Both the position numbers and the translations under genes were made by a program. This document shows, piece by piece, positions 1 through 12,429 of a stretch of DNA of 64,000 nt (positions are counted from its first letter, which is position 1; every line of letters starts with the position of its first letter). The notes under the pieces were generated by a model. The model worked only from the letters and a program-made list of their open reading frames with translations, searched no databases and had not been told where the DNA came from. Origin of the DNA: Paramecium tetraurelia (Eukaryota). Where the stretch lies: positions 62,001-126,000 of the forward strand of contig CT868037.1 of assembly GCA_000165425.1 (NCBI GenBank), read 5' to 3'.

Positions 1-2222
1 AGTTTTATTAGATGTAGGTGCCTCAATGTATGAACCATACAAGTAGGCTCAAGGAAAGAAAATCACTAGATTAGAATTAGCTGTTGATTGCATAGGGATG
101 ATGATTTAATAAAAGATCTTTAATTACAAGAATCATGAAGTTGGATTAGTTTTGTTTGGAACAGAGGACGCTGAGGATGGGAATACTTTTTACATCTAAA
201 CATTGTCGTCTCCAGATCTAGAGTTTTATAGAAATCTGACAGAATTACCTAATCATGATATACCTAAAATAATTGGTGGAGATATTTTTGATGCTTTGGA
301 CAAATCAGTTAGCACTTTAGATGAGTATGTGAAGACCAAGAAGATGGATAAGAAGATATTTGTGCTCACAGCAGGATTTGGTTAGACAGAATATAATGAG
401 AAGAAGATTGCAAAGCTTATTAAAATGATTGAAAAAGTAGATGTGAAGATCAATTTCATAGCATTGGATTTCATGAATGAATATGATGCTGAATTGGATG
501 ATCCTTCCAAACCTGAGAATCAAGAAACTCTAAATGATCGAATGCTTAATGCTGTTTACGAAAGTTAAGAGCAATCAATCAATTCACGTTTAGTTTATTA
601 CATGGTTCAAGAACTAAGGAGTCATATGAGAATATTCCCAGCTAATATCGCATTTGAATTGTATTCACAATTTCACACCAAACAAATGCAAGCAAGAGCC
701 TCATTTAGAGGAGATTTTCAAATAAATGATGAGACATCCATCTCTGTATTGGTTTACAAAAGATGCACAGAGGAGAAATTACCAAGTTTAAAAAAGCATT
801 CTGCTACTGGAGAATTCAGCAGTGAACCCACTAGAAATGTAGTTAGAAATGACACCATTCATTACAATCCAGAAGACCCAAACATGACTCCAATTGAAAG
901 AGAGAATATCATTAAGGGTTACTTATATGGCAGAAGCCTAATTCCTGTGGATAGTATAATGGAAGATAAAATGAAGTATTAATGTGTTAGGTCATTTTAA
1001 TTATTGGGATTTGTTGACAAGTCATAAATTCCTAGACATTATTTTATGTCTAGTGTGGACATGGTTGTAGCTATTGATTGTGAAAAAGCAAAGAAATCTT
1101 TATCTTCTTTGATCATAGCCTTAATTGCCACAAAGAAAATTGCTATTGCAAGATTTGTTGGCAGAGAAAAGAGTTCTCCAAAAATGGTGGTGTTATTGCC
1201 TCATAAATCAAAGAGCTATTAGTGTTTTTGGATGATTGCCTTACCCACTTCTGAAGACATCAGGCATTTCCAATTTGCTGCTTTAAGAAAGTCCACTCCT
1301 CATCAATAAATAGCTGTAGCCTCCTTGATTGATAAAATGGATCTAGAAGCACTTCCAAACGAATCTGGAGAACCAGAAGAATTACTTAAAATGAAATACA
1401 TTGCAAATCCAACTAGACAATATTTCTAATAAGTAGTCATGCATAAAGCTATCACAAGAACTGATGTCATTCCTCCAATCTCTCCTTTGATTCTAGAATA
1501 TTTGCATCCCGAATAACGAGTATACAATTATGCTTAGGATGCTATATAGAGAGTGAAGAATGCTTTTAAATTCAAAGTTAATGAAATCAAGAAACCCTAA
1601 GATAAAAAAGTATTTTGGAAACAATTATTCGATGAACAAACTACATAATAACAACAAGCTTAACAATAAATAGAGGAAGAAGTGGTTGAAATCAATAGAG
1701 AGGAGGAAGAGATGGTCAATATGTTTGCCAAATAAAAATTGGGATTCAATGATGATATCATTTAAGAAATTGGTTCTGTGGATCCAATCTCAGATTTCAA
1801 GAAAATGATCACTGAAAAGAGAGTCGATTTGGTTGATTCTGCCCTTCAACAAATTCAGAAGGTTATAATTGGATTAGTCGATTAATCAGTAAAAGGCAGT
1901 TTCTTCCCCAAGGCCTTGGAATGCTTAAAAGAAATGAGAAGAGCTTGTATTTCAGAAGATGAAGCTCCAGTTTTCAACAAGTTCCTCTTTGTACTTAAGG
2001 ATAAGTACAATCAATCTATATTTTGGGCCCAAATTGTACAATAAGGCATCACTTTGATAAGCAACATAGAGAATTAAAAATCAGGTGTCACTGCTGAGGA
2101 AGCATAAGATGTATATATATTTAATTAATTATTAGTTCCTGAACAAAGAAGATAACAAACATTAGTAAATGGTTGATCAATTATAACATGAGGAAGAAGA
2201 TTTATTAGCTGATATTGAATGA
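1..2222 (+). CDS. KU80: Ku80 (NHEJ DNA end-binding subunit), 5' end outside window; one 25-nt intron at 2111-2135
   Basis: Code-6 frame from position 2: vWA start VLLDVGASM..EVGLVLFGT, core IKGYLYGRSLIP and LLGFVDKSQIPRHYFM, IARFVGREKSSPKMVVLLP, IANPTRQYFQQ, C-terminal domain GSVDPISDFKKM..KALECLKEMRRACI, and terminal EEEDLLADIE-TGA (2220-2222). Confidence 0.95.
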
Positions 2223-2707
2223 TTATAATAATTTTATTAAAATACAAAATAAACCTGTCATTTTTGTACAAAAATCAGCATCCTTCCAATTTTTATCTTA
2301 ATCCTGATAGTAGTTGAATAGTTGGAGTTTAAAAGTAAGGAAGCTGATTCATTGCACTACCTTATTTCTATTGTAGGATGATTTAGAATGTTGTTCATTT
2401 ATTGTGTTTTCTTATTGGAATATAATTATTTCTCTTTCTGTCTGATGACTTTGACTTTGATTTAAATTATCTGAAGAATTTAGCTATTTATTAGGTTTGA
2501 TGAAAAATTGGAATCATTTTTTTATTAACATTATTTATTTATCTGAATATGAATTGAAATATTTTAGATAAAATATATAGATTTGCTAAAGTTAGAAATT
2601 GAAATCAAAAAGGATTATTTGCATACATAAAAATCAAATTAGACACTTTTAGTAATAGAATATATTAACTAATAATTTAGATGAATAAGAATGAATGAAA
2701 TTTAAAC

Positions 2708-3343
2708 TCATTTCAATTATACACATTAATATTGGTGATGTTTTGCTATTTCATCTAATTTCTTCAATAAATCCTTTTAATATTCCTACGATATTCTTTT
2801 AGGAAATTATATTTAGATTTAATTTTATTCTAGATCTGAATATATTTTAAATGAATTGTCAATTGTATTTTCTGTATTCTCATTGCTAATAGTTTTATTT
2901 TCATTAATGCTCCAAGTTGTCATTTATTCAGATTCCTTTAATTACTAATCAACAGAATTGTTTGCTAATTATTCATCCTATGTGGAATATATCGAGAATG
3001 CTTTGCAGCATTATGCTTTGAACTCAGTCTTCACTTTTTCATAATTCTAAACTAATTCTTCTTTACTCAAAATTTAATTAGTGATGGGTCTGAATTTTGA
3101 TAAGTATTATTTTATGTGTTATGATTATTTAGATAAATTATTTTGAATTTCTTTAGTTAAAGCATTTTACTTAGTTTTTACAACTTTCAATAATAATTAT
3201 AATAATTTTTGTGTGTAATAGATAGCATTTTTAAGAAAATAAGCAGATTTGTCTTCTTCATCTACTTCTGAAATCAATGTTAATTGATCATTATCTTGTA
3301 TTAATTCGATTTGTAATTGGTCATCCGAATTATGTCTTTTCAT
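2708..3343 (-). CDS. Hypothetical protein, 211 aa, intronless
   Basis: Open code-6 frame ATG(3343) MKRHNSDDQLQIELIQ... to TGA(2708); 636 nt; no recognisable domain. Confidence 0.7.
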
Positions 3344-3381
3344 ATTAATTAATTTTTGTATTAAAATTAATATAAACAAAA

Positions 3382-5153
3382 TCAATTATTGAATTTCTTA
3401 GCTCTTTTCTTATTCTTCATTTGTGGTTTTCCTTTTTTTGGTTCTGGAATATTATCATCATCTTCAGATTCTTCCATTGGAATTTCGCCTTTTTGAGTCA
3501 TCATCTCAGTTTTTCGAACTTCCATTTCAGCAACCTCCTCTTTAATAACCTTTCTGATTTAAGGCTCCAACTACTATATCTGACGACGCATTTATCTAAC
3601 CTTATTGGTATCTGCAATCATTTTGAATAACTATTATTTAGATTATCGTATCATCTTTTTAAATTTGACAACTTCATTCTCCAAACAAATTGTTACTGAT
3701 ATACCTTATGCACCTATCCTAGCTGTTCTACCGACTCTGTGGATGTACCTCGTAACTTCATATGGAATCTCATAATTAATCACAGCTTTGACATCTGTCA
3801 GATCCAATCCTCTTGCAGCTAAGTCTGTTGCTAATAAAAATTAAAATTTTCCTTCCTAAAATCAATATACATCATACTTTAAAATCTTCATAGGCTTGGA
3901 TTCTTTATTGTTATGATAGATTCCCATGTAATTCACAACTGCTCATATCTAAAAATCCTAGAACTATTGCCAACCTATGACAATCATGTTTGGTCTTAAC
4001 AAAGATTATGGTTTTTTCTTTGAACTTGGTTTTCAATAAAGTAATGAGTCTAAAATCTAAGATTGAATTAGATACGTTGCTTCTCTGTCACTGTCTTAAT
4101 TGGATCTTATTCGCAACAAATACTGTTTTAATCCATAAGCCAAACCACCCACAAAGTCAACATTAACTTTTATTGGATTATTCAAAGCCAATAAGGATAG
4201 TTATTTGACAGTAGCATTAAGAGTAGCACTGATCAAAACAGTCTGTCTATCTTTGGAAGTGGCTTAAAGGATTTACCTGATTTCCTTTTCGAATCCCATT
4301 TCCATTAATCTATCTGCTTCATCGAATACTAAGATTTCAATACTATCAATATATGAGCAATTATATAATACTTCTGAATTTCAAGACTTGATGAATTAGT
4401 TAATAAATCAACAGTTCTACCTGGAGTTGCAATTATGATGTCAGGATATTTCCTCAATTCAGTTTCCTATTACTAGATTGGAACAGCCCCAATGACGAGA
4501 GCTGCTGTGCAATTAGCATATTTATTTAATTTTTCAAACATTTCAAAGCATTAAAGTGCGAGTTCCCTAGTCGGCAATATTATCAAGGCTTTGGAGTATT
4601 GTAAATTTTTCAAATTGCCAAAACGCTACATGATGGGTAATAGGAATGCTGCTGTTTTGCCAGATCCCGTACATGAACTAGCCAAGACATCTTTACCATT
4701 CATAATTATTGGGATTATTTTAGCCTAAACATTGGTGGGATGAGTATATCCCTAATCATGACAAGCTTTGACTAATGCCTTATTTAATTTTAATTGATGG
4801 AACTCTGTGTCAATTGCAAATATTTTTGAATCCAATTATTATTCCTATTAGAGATCCTGTTATGGATCCTCTTCTTCTACTTGTTCTGGCTCTTCATAAA
4901 ATTGCTCGTTCTGTTTTCTGATTTTTAAGGCAACTTTGTTTAATTTTGATTTAATTTTTTAATTTAAGGTGGATTGCTTACTAAAGGTTTGTTTAGTTTG
5001 TTGTATTACCTTATCCTTTATGGTTTAGGTTTCTTGGGGTTTTTGGGGAACTTCTTCACAAGGATCAAACAACCCAGAATAAAAATTGAGATCTCCCTTT
5101 TCTTATTGTTAGATGAATTCTTCGGAATCTGATTGGATTTATGAGTTGCTCAT
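3382..5153 (-). CDS. DDX27: DEAD-box RNA helicase, DDX27/Drs1-like (ribosome biogenesis), several short introns
   Basis: Q-motif [45 protein letters not shown] and [35 protein letters not shown] resembles the Drs1/DDX27 subfamily; acidic/basic tail. Confidence 0.85.
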
Positions 5154-5266
5154 TAATTTTAATTAATGGTAAAAGGATATAAATTCTTAGTTAATTTATT
5201 TACTTAGTTTTTAATATAAAATTAAAGTTAGATGTGAATAATTTGTTTGAATAATATAATAATTCA

Positions 5267-7314
5267 TCACAAAACTATATTGGATTTTTGGCTTGATTTT
5301 TCAATTTCTATTTTCTGTTGATCCATCTTTTTCAATTCTTTTTCTTATTTCTCATTTTCAGCCGATAGATTATCTATTTTTTGTGAGAGACGCTCTAATT
5401 TAATATTCATTTCCTCCTTTTTGGCAAGTTAAAGATACAATTTCTGTTTGATTGCCTCCTCATCCTTTTAATTTAAGAGAGTGGAATTCTCACTAATTTA
5501 ATTAATGATTTGATTCTATCTATCTCTGGTCTCTTAGATTTGTTGTTTGAGCAGATCAATTTTCTTCTACTTTTTTTCTGGGAACTCTTCATTTTGCATT
5601 TATGATAAGTCATACTTGTTTTGAATGCTTTTGTGTTATTGGGATTATTATTTGTTTTCCTCCAATTTGGATTCTGTAAAAGTACTATTAAATATTTCCA
5701 AGATGGTAATTCTATCCTTGAAATCAGTTGATAATTAGGTGAGTTTCTTTTCAATTTCTTATTGGATAGCAATAATGCCTTCTTCCAATTTCATAAAACT
5801 TCTTTTTTCTTCCAAATCCTGAATTTGTTTTTTGAGGAGCAGTCTCGTCTACATTAGGTCGTTGATATAATTATTATTATTGACAACTTCTTCTTTATAT
5901 TTATCAACAGATTCTTTATTCTCTTTGATTTGCTGTAATTATTCCATCTGTTATTCGATAGTCTACTTTAGACAGAATTGCTCTCCTTCAACTCTTGGGA
6001 TTTATTACATTTGAATTTTACAGAAATCTTAACGAGACTTACTGTCATAATTAAGATAAGAGACAACACTCTCTCTCTCATCACTTAAATGCACAGTTCC
6101 ACTAGATCGCAATTTCAATTCACTCATAAGATCCATGTTTTGATTGTTAATTTAGGCTAATTATTATTGAACAGTATTCAACACCTAAGTCAAATTGGCT
6201 TCTTCACTTGCAGACACTTCGATCTTATCCATTTTCTTAAGTATTTTAAGATCCAAAGCCTCATTAGTGGTCTTCACATTATCCAGGATCTTCTTCTTAA
6301 CTGATAATCTCACTTGAGTGATCTACTCTTCCACATCAATACATTATACTGGTTATTATTATTCTTATTCTTTTTCCTCATAAGTTTCTGGTTCCTCCTC
6401 TAAGATTGAAACTATATTAATTTTATCATTAGGTCTTTGGATTCCCTATATCCACCAATGCTCCTTAACCTAGGAGATGGTAATTCTTTTTGATGGATTC
6501 ACTTGGAATATCTAGACCAATAAATCCTACACTCCTTCACTCAAATTCTTTTGTGAAAATATTCCGTTAACAATATTGTGTTACAATACATCTTACTTCT
6601 TCTTACCTTTCAATTGTTCTGGCTTTGGCTCAAATGGGAATTTGCCTGTGAGCATTTAATAGAGCACCACTCCTAAACTCCAAATGTCTAGGGCTTCAGT
6701 CTAAGGTTGCAGATTAAATTATTCAGGCCCGAAGTGATCATTCCCATTAAAAATGCCCTCAGTATGTTGGATGTAAGTACTAAAACCAAAGTCACATAAT
6801 TTAATTGTAATTTGCTTTTTTTCATCTGAATGATAGATAGACAATAATACTTTTTCTGATGAGTATATTTTCAAGTTTGAAATTTCTATGTACCACATTT
6901 TTTTTGTGCAGATGCTCTAAAATGTCTATCATTTATTTGGCATAGAATAGGGTTTCTTATTCTGAGAGCTTTTTGTCCTTCAATATTTTTTATTGCATAT
7001 TGCCATTATTGAAATATTCGGTGACCAGATAGATGGACTTTGTATAGATGAGATAGAATTACTTCCTTGTCTTCAAAGTGATCAATCAATCGAGTTGTAT
7101 ATTAATTATCTCCCAAGACATTCATGATTTCTATCTCCTTAGCAACATTGGGTGATATACGCTATCTTGAGAGAGTTTTTTTGATGTACTTTTTGATTGC
7201 GTATAGTTTGTTTTCTTTTCTTAATTTAGCAGAAAATACCTTTCATTTATTGTTATAGTTTACTTGTGAATATTGCCCACAAGCAATAACTTTCATATCT
7301 TTAAAATCCTGCAT
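5267..7314 (-). CDS. Ser/Thr protein kinase-like protein (probable pseudokinase, HRN) with C-terminal coiled coil
   Basis: IACGQYSQVF, YAIKK, KEIEIM, VVHRNFKLENIL, KLCDFG, GPE, DIWSLGVVLYQMLTGKFPF; introns such as 7240-7263; long Q/E/K-rich coiled-coil tail ending at TGA 5267. Confidence 0.85.
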
Positions 7315-7565
7315 TTTATATTTATTTTATTATTAGTAATTTATACATCATAGAGTGAGAGTGGTATCGCCAATGGTTTCATATTTCATTGAGTATGAAT
7401 GATGCAAATATATAGATTAATTTGTGTGAACATACTGATAATAATTCGGATTGTCATACAATAATCATTTACGTTGGTTATTTCATTCCACAAGAATAAT
7501 AATGCATTAATGAAACATGTTTTGTAGAAAGAATCTAAATTATTATATAAATATACTATTATTAT

Positions 7566-8730
7566 ATGAGAGACAGTCGAGAAAGAGCCAATACACAAAT
7601 CGGTTATGGTTAATATCAGGACATTCTCCAGAAATAAAAGAACTTGTCTCAAATCAACAATTAGACGAATTAATTGGAATCTATTGAGGAAGATGAAGCT
7701 CCATCAAATTTTTCGATTGATCAGATGGAGAAGGATAGAGAAAAGAACCAGTTTCTTCGGAAATCCAACGATCTGGATATTGTCAACTAAAATGATTGTA
7801 ACTATTCAGTCTATCTATATAGCAATCTTTAAATCCACTCTCAGCAGCGAGAAATTAAAGGAACTCAAATCAGGTAAAAATGAATGTTGCATATGTCATA
7901 AGAGTGGCACACTCATCCATAAGATGAAGCAATGTAAATTCTGTGGGAGTGTGGTGTGCAAGGAACACAGTAAAAAGAAAAGAAGGGATCCAAATAATAG
8001 TACAAAATTTAGGCGATTATGTGAAATCTGCGAGGACAAATACATTAGACTCAGTGTTGAAACTGCCTACATCCAGAAGAGAGATTAATAGGCTCAATAG
8101 GCTTTGCAATTGGATTCCTAATCCAAAGAGTTGCTGTAGGATATCAGGGTCTTGTAGAATCAGATTTCAGAGATCCATTAACAAGGGGTGAAAAACTAGG
8201 GAGAATACAAATAAATACAGAATGAGCTTATCTTTAAGACTCAAAAATTAGATTATGAAATCAAGGGGTTCCAGGATGAAAATCTAAAGTTGAAATCTAC
8301 CATTCATTCTATAAAAAAAGAATTGCAATAACTGAATGAACGACTCAATGAAAAAAAAGTGGATTCTCAAAAGAAACAGCATCAATTACATTCAATAGAG
8401 TAAGAGATTCAATACAATGACATTGAGTGTCAAAAGGTGATGTTAGAGATCGAAAAGTTTCAATTGAACATTCAATCAAAGAAACAAAAGGATCAGCAGA
8501 AATAATAATAGTAGAGATCTCAAATTCAAAAAGCAGATATCTAAAATTATCAACAATATATCTTGGCTGATGATAAGCCCACTATTTAATAGTACAATCC
8601 TTATTTGAATGATAATACTACCATTAATGTGAATAGTGAACCTGAAACTTCAAGTAGTAGTAATAAAAAGAAGAAATCCAGTAAGGAGAAGTAAGACCGA
8701 GAAGAAGACAACTGTTGCATAATAATGTGA
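7566..8730 (+). CDS. FYVE-like zinc finger + coiled-coil protein with C-terminal CaaX motif
   Basis: CCICHK..QCKFCGSVVCKEHS..RRLCEICED Zn-finger spacing; one short intron near 7798-7822; heptad-rich middle; ends KKKKSSKEKQDREEDNCCIIM-TGA. Start could be further upstream. Confidence 0.8.
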
Positions 8731-8773
8731 TAATTTTAAATAATTTAATTCTAATAATAATAATAATAATAAG

Positions 8774-10191
8774 TCAATCATATTTAATATTCAAAAAATC
8801 ATAAACTTTTTCTATGATATTAATATCCTAAAATAAGTATTGAATGTTCGTAAGCACTGATTCAATTGGTTTACCACTTATTTTCTATTTGTTGTATTAA
8901 TAAATGCATTACATATCTAAACAATTTAGTCAACTCATCAGATTGTGAATTAGCCATATGCAACACACACGATATCGTATTCTGTATCACTTCTGGCAAC
9001 TCATATTGTTTCATCATATGACCTAACATATACACATAGTCAGTTTTGGTTAGTAAGTAATGATACAGTTACTCGTTGGAGTATTTCCTAATTAACTGTT
9101 TTAGCATTTGACTAATATAAACGAAATCATTTTTGTCCAATTCCTACTCATCCAATGCTAGAATGGTGTTGAAGATTTCTGATGTAACTACTTCAGTTAT
9201 GACATAATCATTTTTGAGGAAACAAATGTTGGCTGTTATGTATATGAAGGCTGTTTGATTCTCTCTCATCTCGAAATACAAGTTGCTAAGAGTCTTCAAT
9301 AGTCCATGTTGAATGAATAAGATTGTTCCTTCATCTGACTCTTCCACTATTTTCGTAATGATGGAAATGGACAGCATCATGCTCTTCTCCAATCGATCCA
9401 TGATCAGATCGACGAATCCTGCATTCGCCAGGAGGTAATTGATAGAGTTCTTGTTGTCTTTTTCACAGGATATCATTGTTAACATGATCTGAAATGTGGC
9501 CAAATCTGTGTCTTGTTCTATGAATTTAATGCATGTCACCACCAACTTCTTAAACTAAGCAATTAGACTTATAATACGTAATAGGATGGTTAATTTATGT
9601 ATGCTCCAAGCACTTCAACTATTTTGAACCACTCTTCGAAATTATCTAATAGAAGTGAGATTTCTACCAAATAAGAGACGAAGTCACATTATTCTACCAA
9701 ATGATTTATTGGGTTGTTTTTTGCAATTTTGTGTAAAAGCACAACAAATTACTTAACGAGCTCGCTATTTTCAAATCTCTAAATTTGAGATAGTAAATAT
9801 GGATTTAAACATTCTGGCAGATAGATCTTTTAGTAGATGCTGAGAACTAGAGCCAAAATGTGAGGATCACAATTCGTTGCAATCTCACCTAGAAAAGTGA
9901 TCGTGTTAATGGATTTAAGATTGGCGCTATATTATGAGTCAGCATATTCATTTAATCTTATCAAGTAATTCTCAGATTCCTACAGGTCTCCCCGATTGTA
10001 ATACTCCAGTGCATACTATGCTAGCAATTCAAGGTCCTTGAAATCACTCACAACACCCAAACCTTATTTTGCACAAAAATTGCGCGTTTCTATTAGAATG
10101 TGTTTTCAGTTCGTTTCCGGCGAATTTCAACTTGGAATTTATTCCTTTTCTCTTACAGTAACTATAAAGCTGAATCTGCTGTCAAATACAT
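8774..10191 (-). CDS. Divergent importin-alpha-like protein (IBB-like N-terminus + ARM-like helical repeats)
   Basis: N-terminus QEKRNKFQVEIRRKRTENTFQQKRA resembles the importin-beta-binding domain, followed by hydrophobic helical repeats (LLANAGFVDLIMDRL, FIQHGLLKTLSNL, AFIYITANIC); three short introns. Confidence 0.6.
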
Positions 10192-10225
10192 TATATAAAT
10201 ATAATTAATGTTTAATTCATTTTAA

Positions 10226-11614
10226 TCAGGTTATAAATAATTTAGATTATTCCTTAGGAGTGCTATGGAAATACTTCAACTCCGAAGTGTTTTATGGATG
10301 TACTTTATCAGATTCTAATTTCAAAAACATATCTCTTTTCTACTTTTCCATGTCTTCAATAACTTTCAACCTTCTCCTTTAAATTTCTAATTTATTTTAA
10401 CTAAATCATTTTATAATTATACATCTAATCTTTTAATCTTTGATCTCTCTAACTTATTTTTAGTTCCAATTGTTGAAGATAGGACAATTTAAGTTTATCT
10501 GCCCTAGCCACTTACGATTGTTGTATCAGCCATTTCTAATTCAGTCTCGAGAGTTTCGACTCCAATTCCAATTAGTTCTGACTTTGCACCAATTGAAAGG
10601 TTTATTCTTTCAAAATCTGCTTATTCAACATATTGAGTGACTTATTCCTAAATATATTCTCAGATCTCGCTCTAATTTAGTTCATTTGTTGATGATGCTC
10701 GTGTTCCTTATTATAAGTAAGTTATAAATTGGTTAATCTCTTCTTCTCAATTATATTTATCTTCTCCTAAAAATAATCTATCTTTTCTTTTATTTTTTTT
10801 ATTTTCATCTAAAATATCTGATTCTACTTTTCCTTGATCTATTCCAAATGTTCCTAAGATTGCTGAGCCTTCTGGTAGATCTAATCCATTTTCTCATATT
10901 TCTGTTTATAAATCCTATTAATTTTGCTTTCATAATTCTTCAACTTTTGTTCACAAATCTAAATATATCATGTATTACTTCTTGAATCCTCTTCATCTGC
11001 ATTTAGTAATTGGAATAGACATTTTGATTATGAGATTCATTGATGTGCATAGACGAATTTAAAGTCAACTATTTTTAGCTCATATAATCATTCAGATATT
11101 TCTGTTTCTGTTCCTATTTCTCAATGTAAAGAACGTTGACTCTTCTTAGATTATAATCCAGTTGATTCATCAAGTCATCGGTCTTCTTTTTAAACTCCTC
11201 AAATTTGAGCTTGGTCTATATTTCGAGTATCCTTTGTTTGATTTCCTTCTCATGTTGTTTCTAATCCATTTACCACAGTTCAGATTAGGATGCCTTCCTC
11301 TCCTTTTTTTGCTTCTCTAGTTCCTGCAGTTATTTCAATTTCTCCTACGAGATCTTCAGTTACTCATTCTAGTATCGTGAGGAGAGGATCTGATTTACAG
11401 TAGGAAGAGTACTTATTCCTTCATTTTTCGATCCTTGGCTTCTAGTTAGAGATTGCGATCGAAAATGTTCTGCAATTTCTATTCATTGATTTTTCTCTGC
11501 TTTGCCTGCAACTCCTCGTGTTTCAAATACACATCCATCTACTGATTCTAGAGTGCTTAAGATATAAGGATATACGAATTTCTGCATCATTTTCTCTGGG
11601 AGTGGAGCATTCAT
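10226..11614 (-). CDS. Coiled-coil protein (E/K/Q-rich), unknown function
   Basis: ATG 11614 MNAPLPEKMMQKF, short GT..AG introns restore frame, continuous charged heptads to TGA 10226. Confidence 0.75.
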
Positions 11615-11727
11615 TACTATTTTAATTATATCATATATATTGTACTATTTGGAATGAAGTAAAAAGTGAATAAATATATTTATTAAAACCAATAATTGTT
11701 ATCACCATAGGCTGAATTTCCGAATCA

Positions 11728-12420
11728 TCAATTTCTTTTTTTCAGTAAATTAATTAATAAGTCAATTTATAGACTGTTCCTATTTTGTGTCTGCATCGGA
11801 ATAGGCGATCTCAATTTCAAAGGGTTAATGTTGTTTTTCTTATAAATTTATAACATTTGTTTGGAGAAGTCCTGTATTTCTGGAACCGAAGGAAAATCCT
11901 TTCTCACTTGTTCCGGACGTATTTTCTTACGACCCAATAAGTCATTTAGCTTTTTGATACTCAATAGATCATTTATATTCTAGCTTTGTTTTTATTCAAC
12001 TTCGGTTATACTTTTTTTATTTTCCATATACTTGGGGGGACTCATTCTAGGTTCTACTGACATTCTATTCTGAGATAGTTCATGCACAGAATAACCTTAA
12101 TTAATCGATGGTAGCTTTTGTCTTACGATCCTTCTTTACAACCCTTATTCAAATTAGTGGTCAGAGTACATCTATCTATGCACCACAGAAGGACGGTATC
12201 GCAGAGAATTAATCTGTCGTTCAGTCACACTGCCACCCAAAACTGGCATTTGATGTAAATTAGTTGGAGATTCATCAGTTATGCATCTAATGTCAGAGCT
12301 GATTTAATTTAAATTTCTTTGAATTGAAATGCTCTTCACTTTCTTATTTGCTTAAAATGCTCTCCTTGATTGAGGTGCTTATTCATTATTTATATAAAGA
12401 TGCAAATCAAAATTATACAT
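11728..12420 (-). CDS. Hypothetical low-complexity protein, about 230 aa
   Basis: Open code-6 frame ATG 12420 (MYNFDLHLYINNEQAPQSRR...) to TGA 11728, 693 nt; no domain recognised. Confidence 0.6.
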
Positions 12421-12429
12421 AATTTTATA

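Noticed and set aside
2259..2520. Short minus-strand open frames downstream of KU80
   Set aside because: The longest frame lacks a clear start and frames conflict; cannot support a gene model.
7352..7385. GTGGTATCGCCAATGGTTT weakly similar to the U4 snRNA 5' stem-loop
   Set aside because: Lacks the U6-pairing 5' CUUUGCGC segment and the Sm site.
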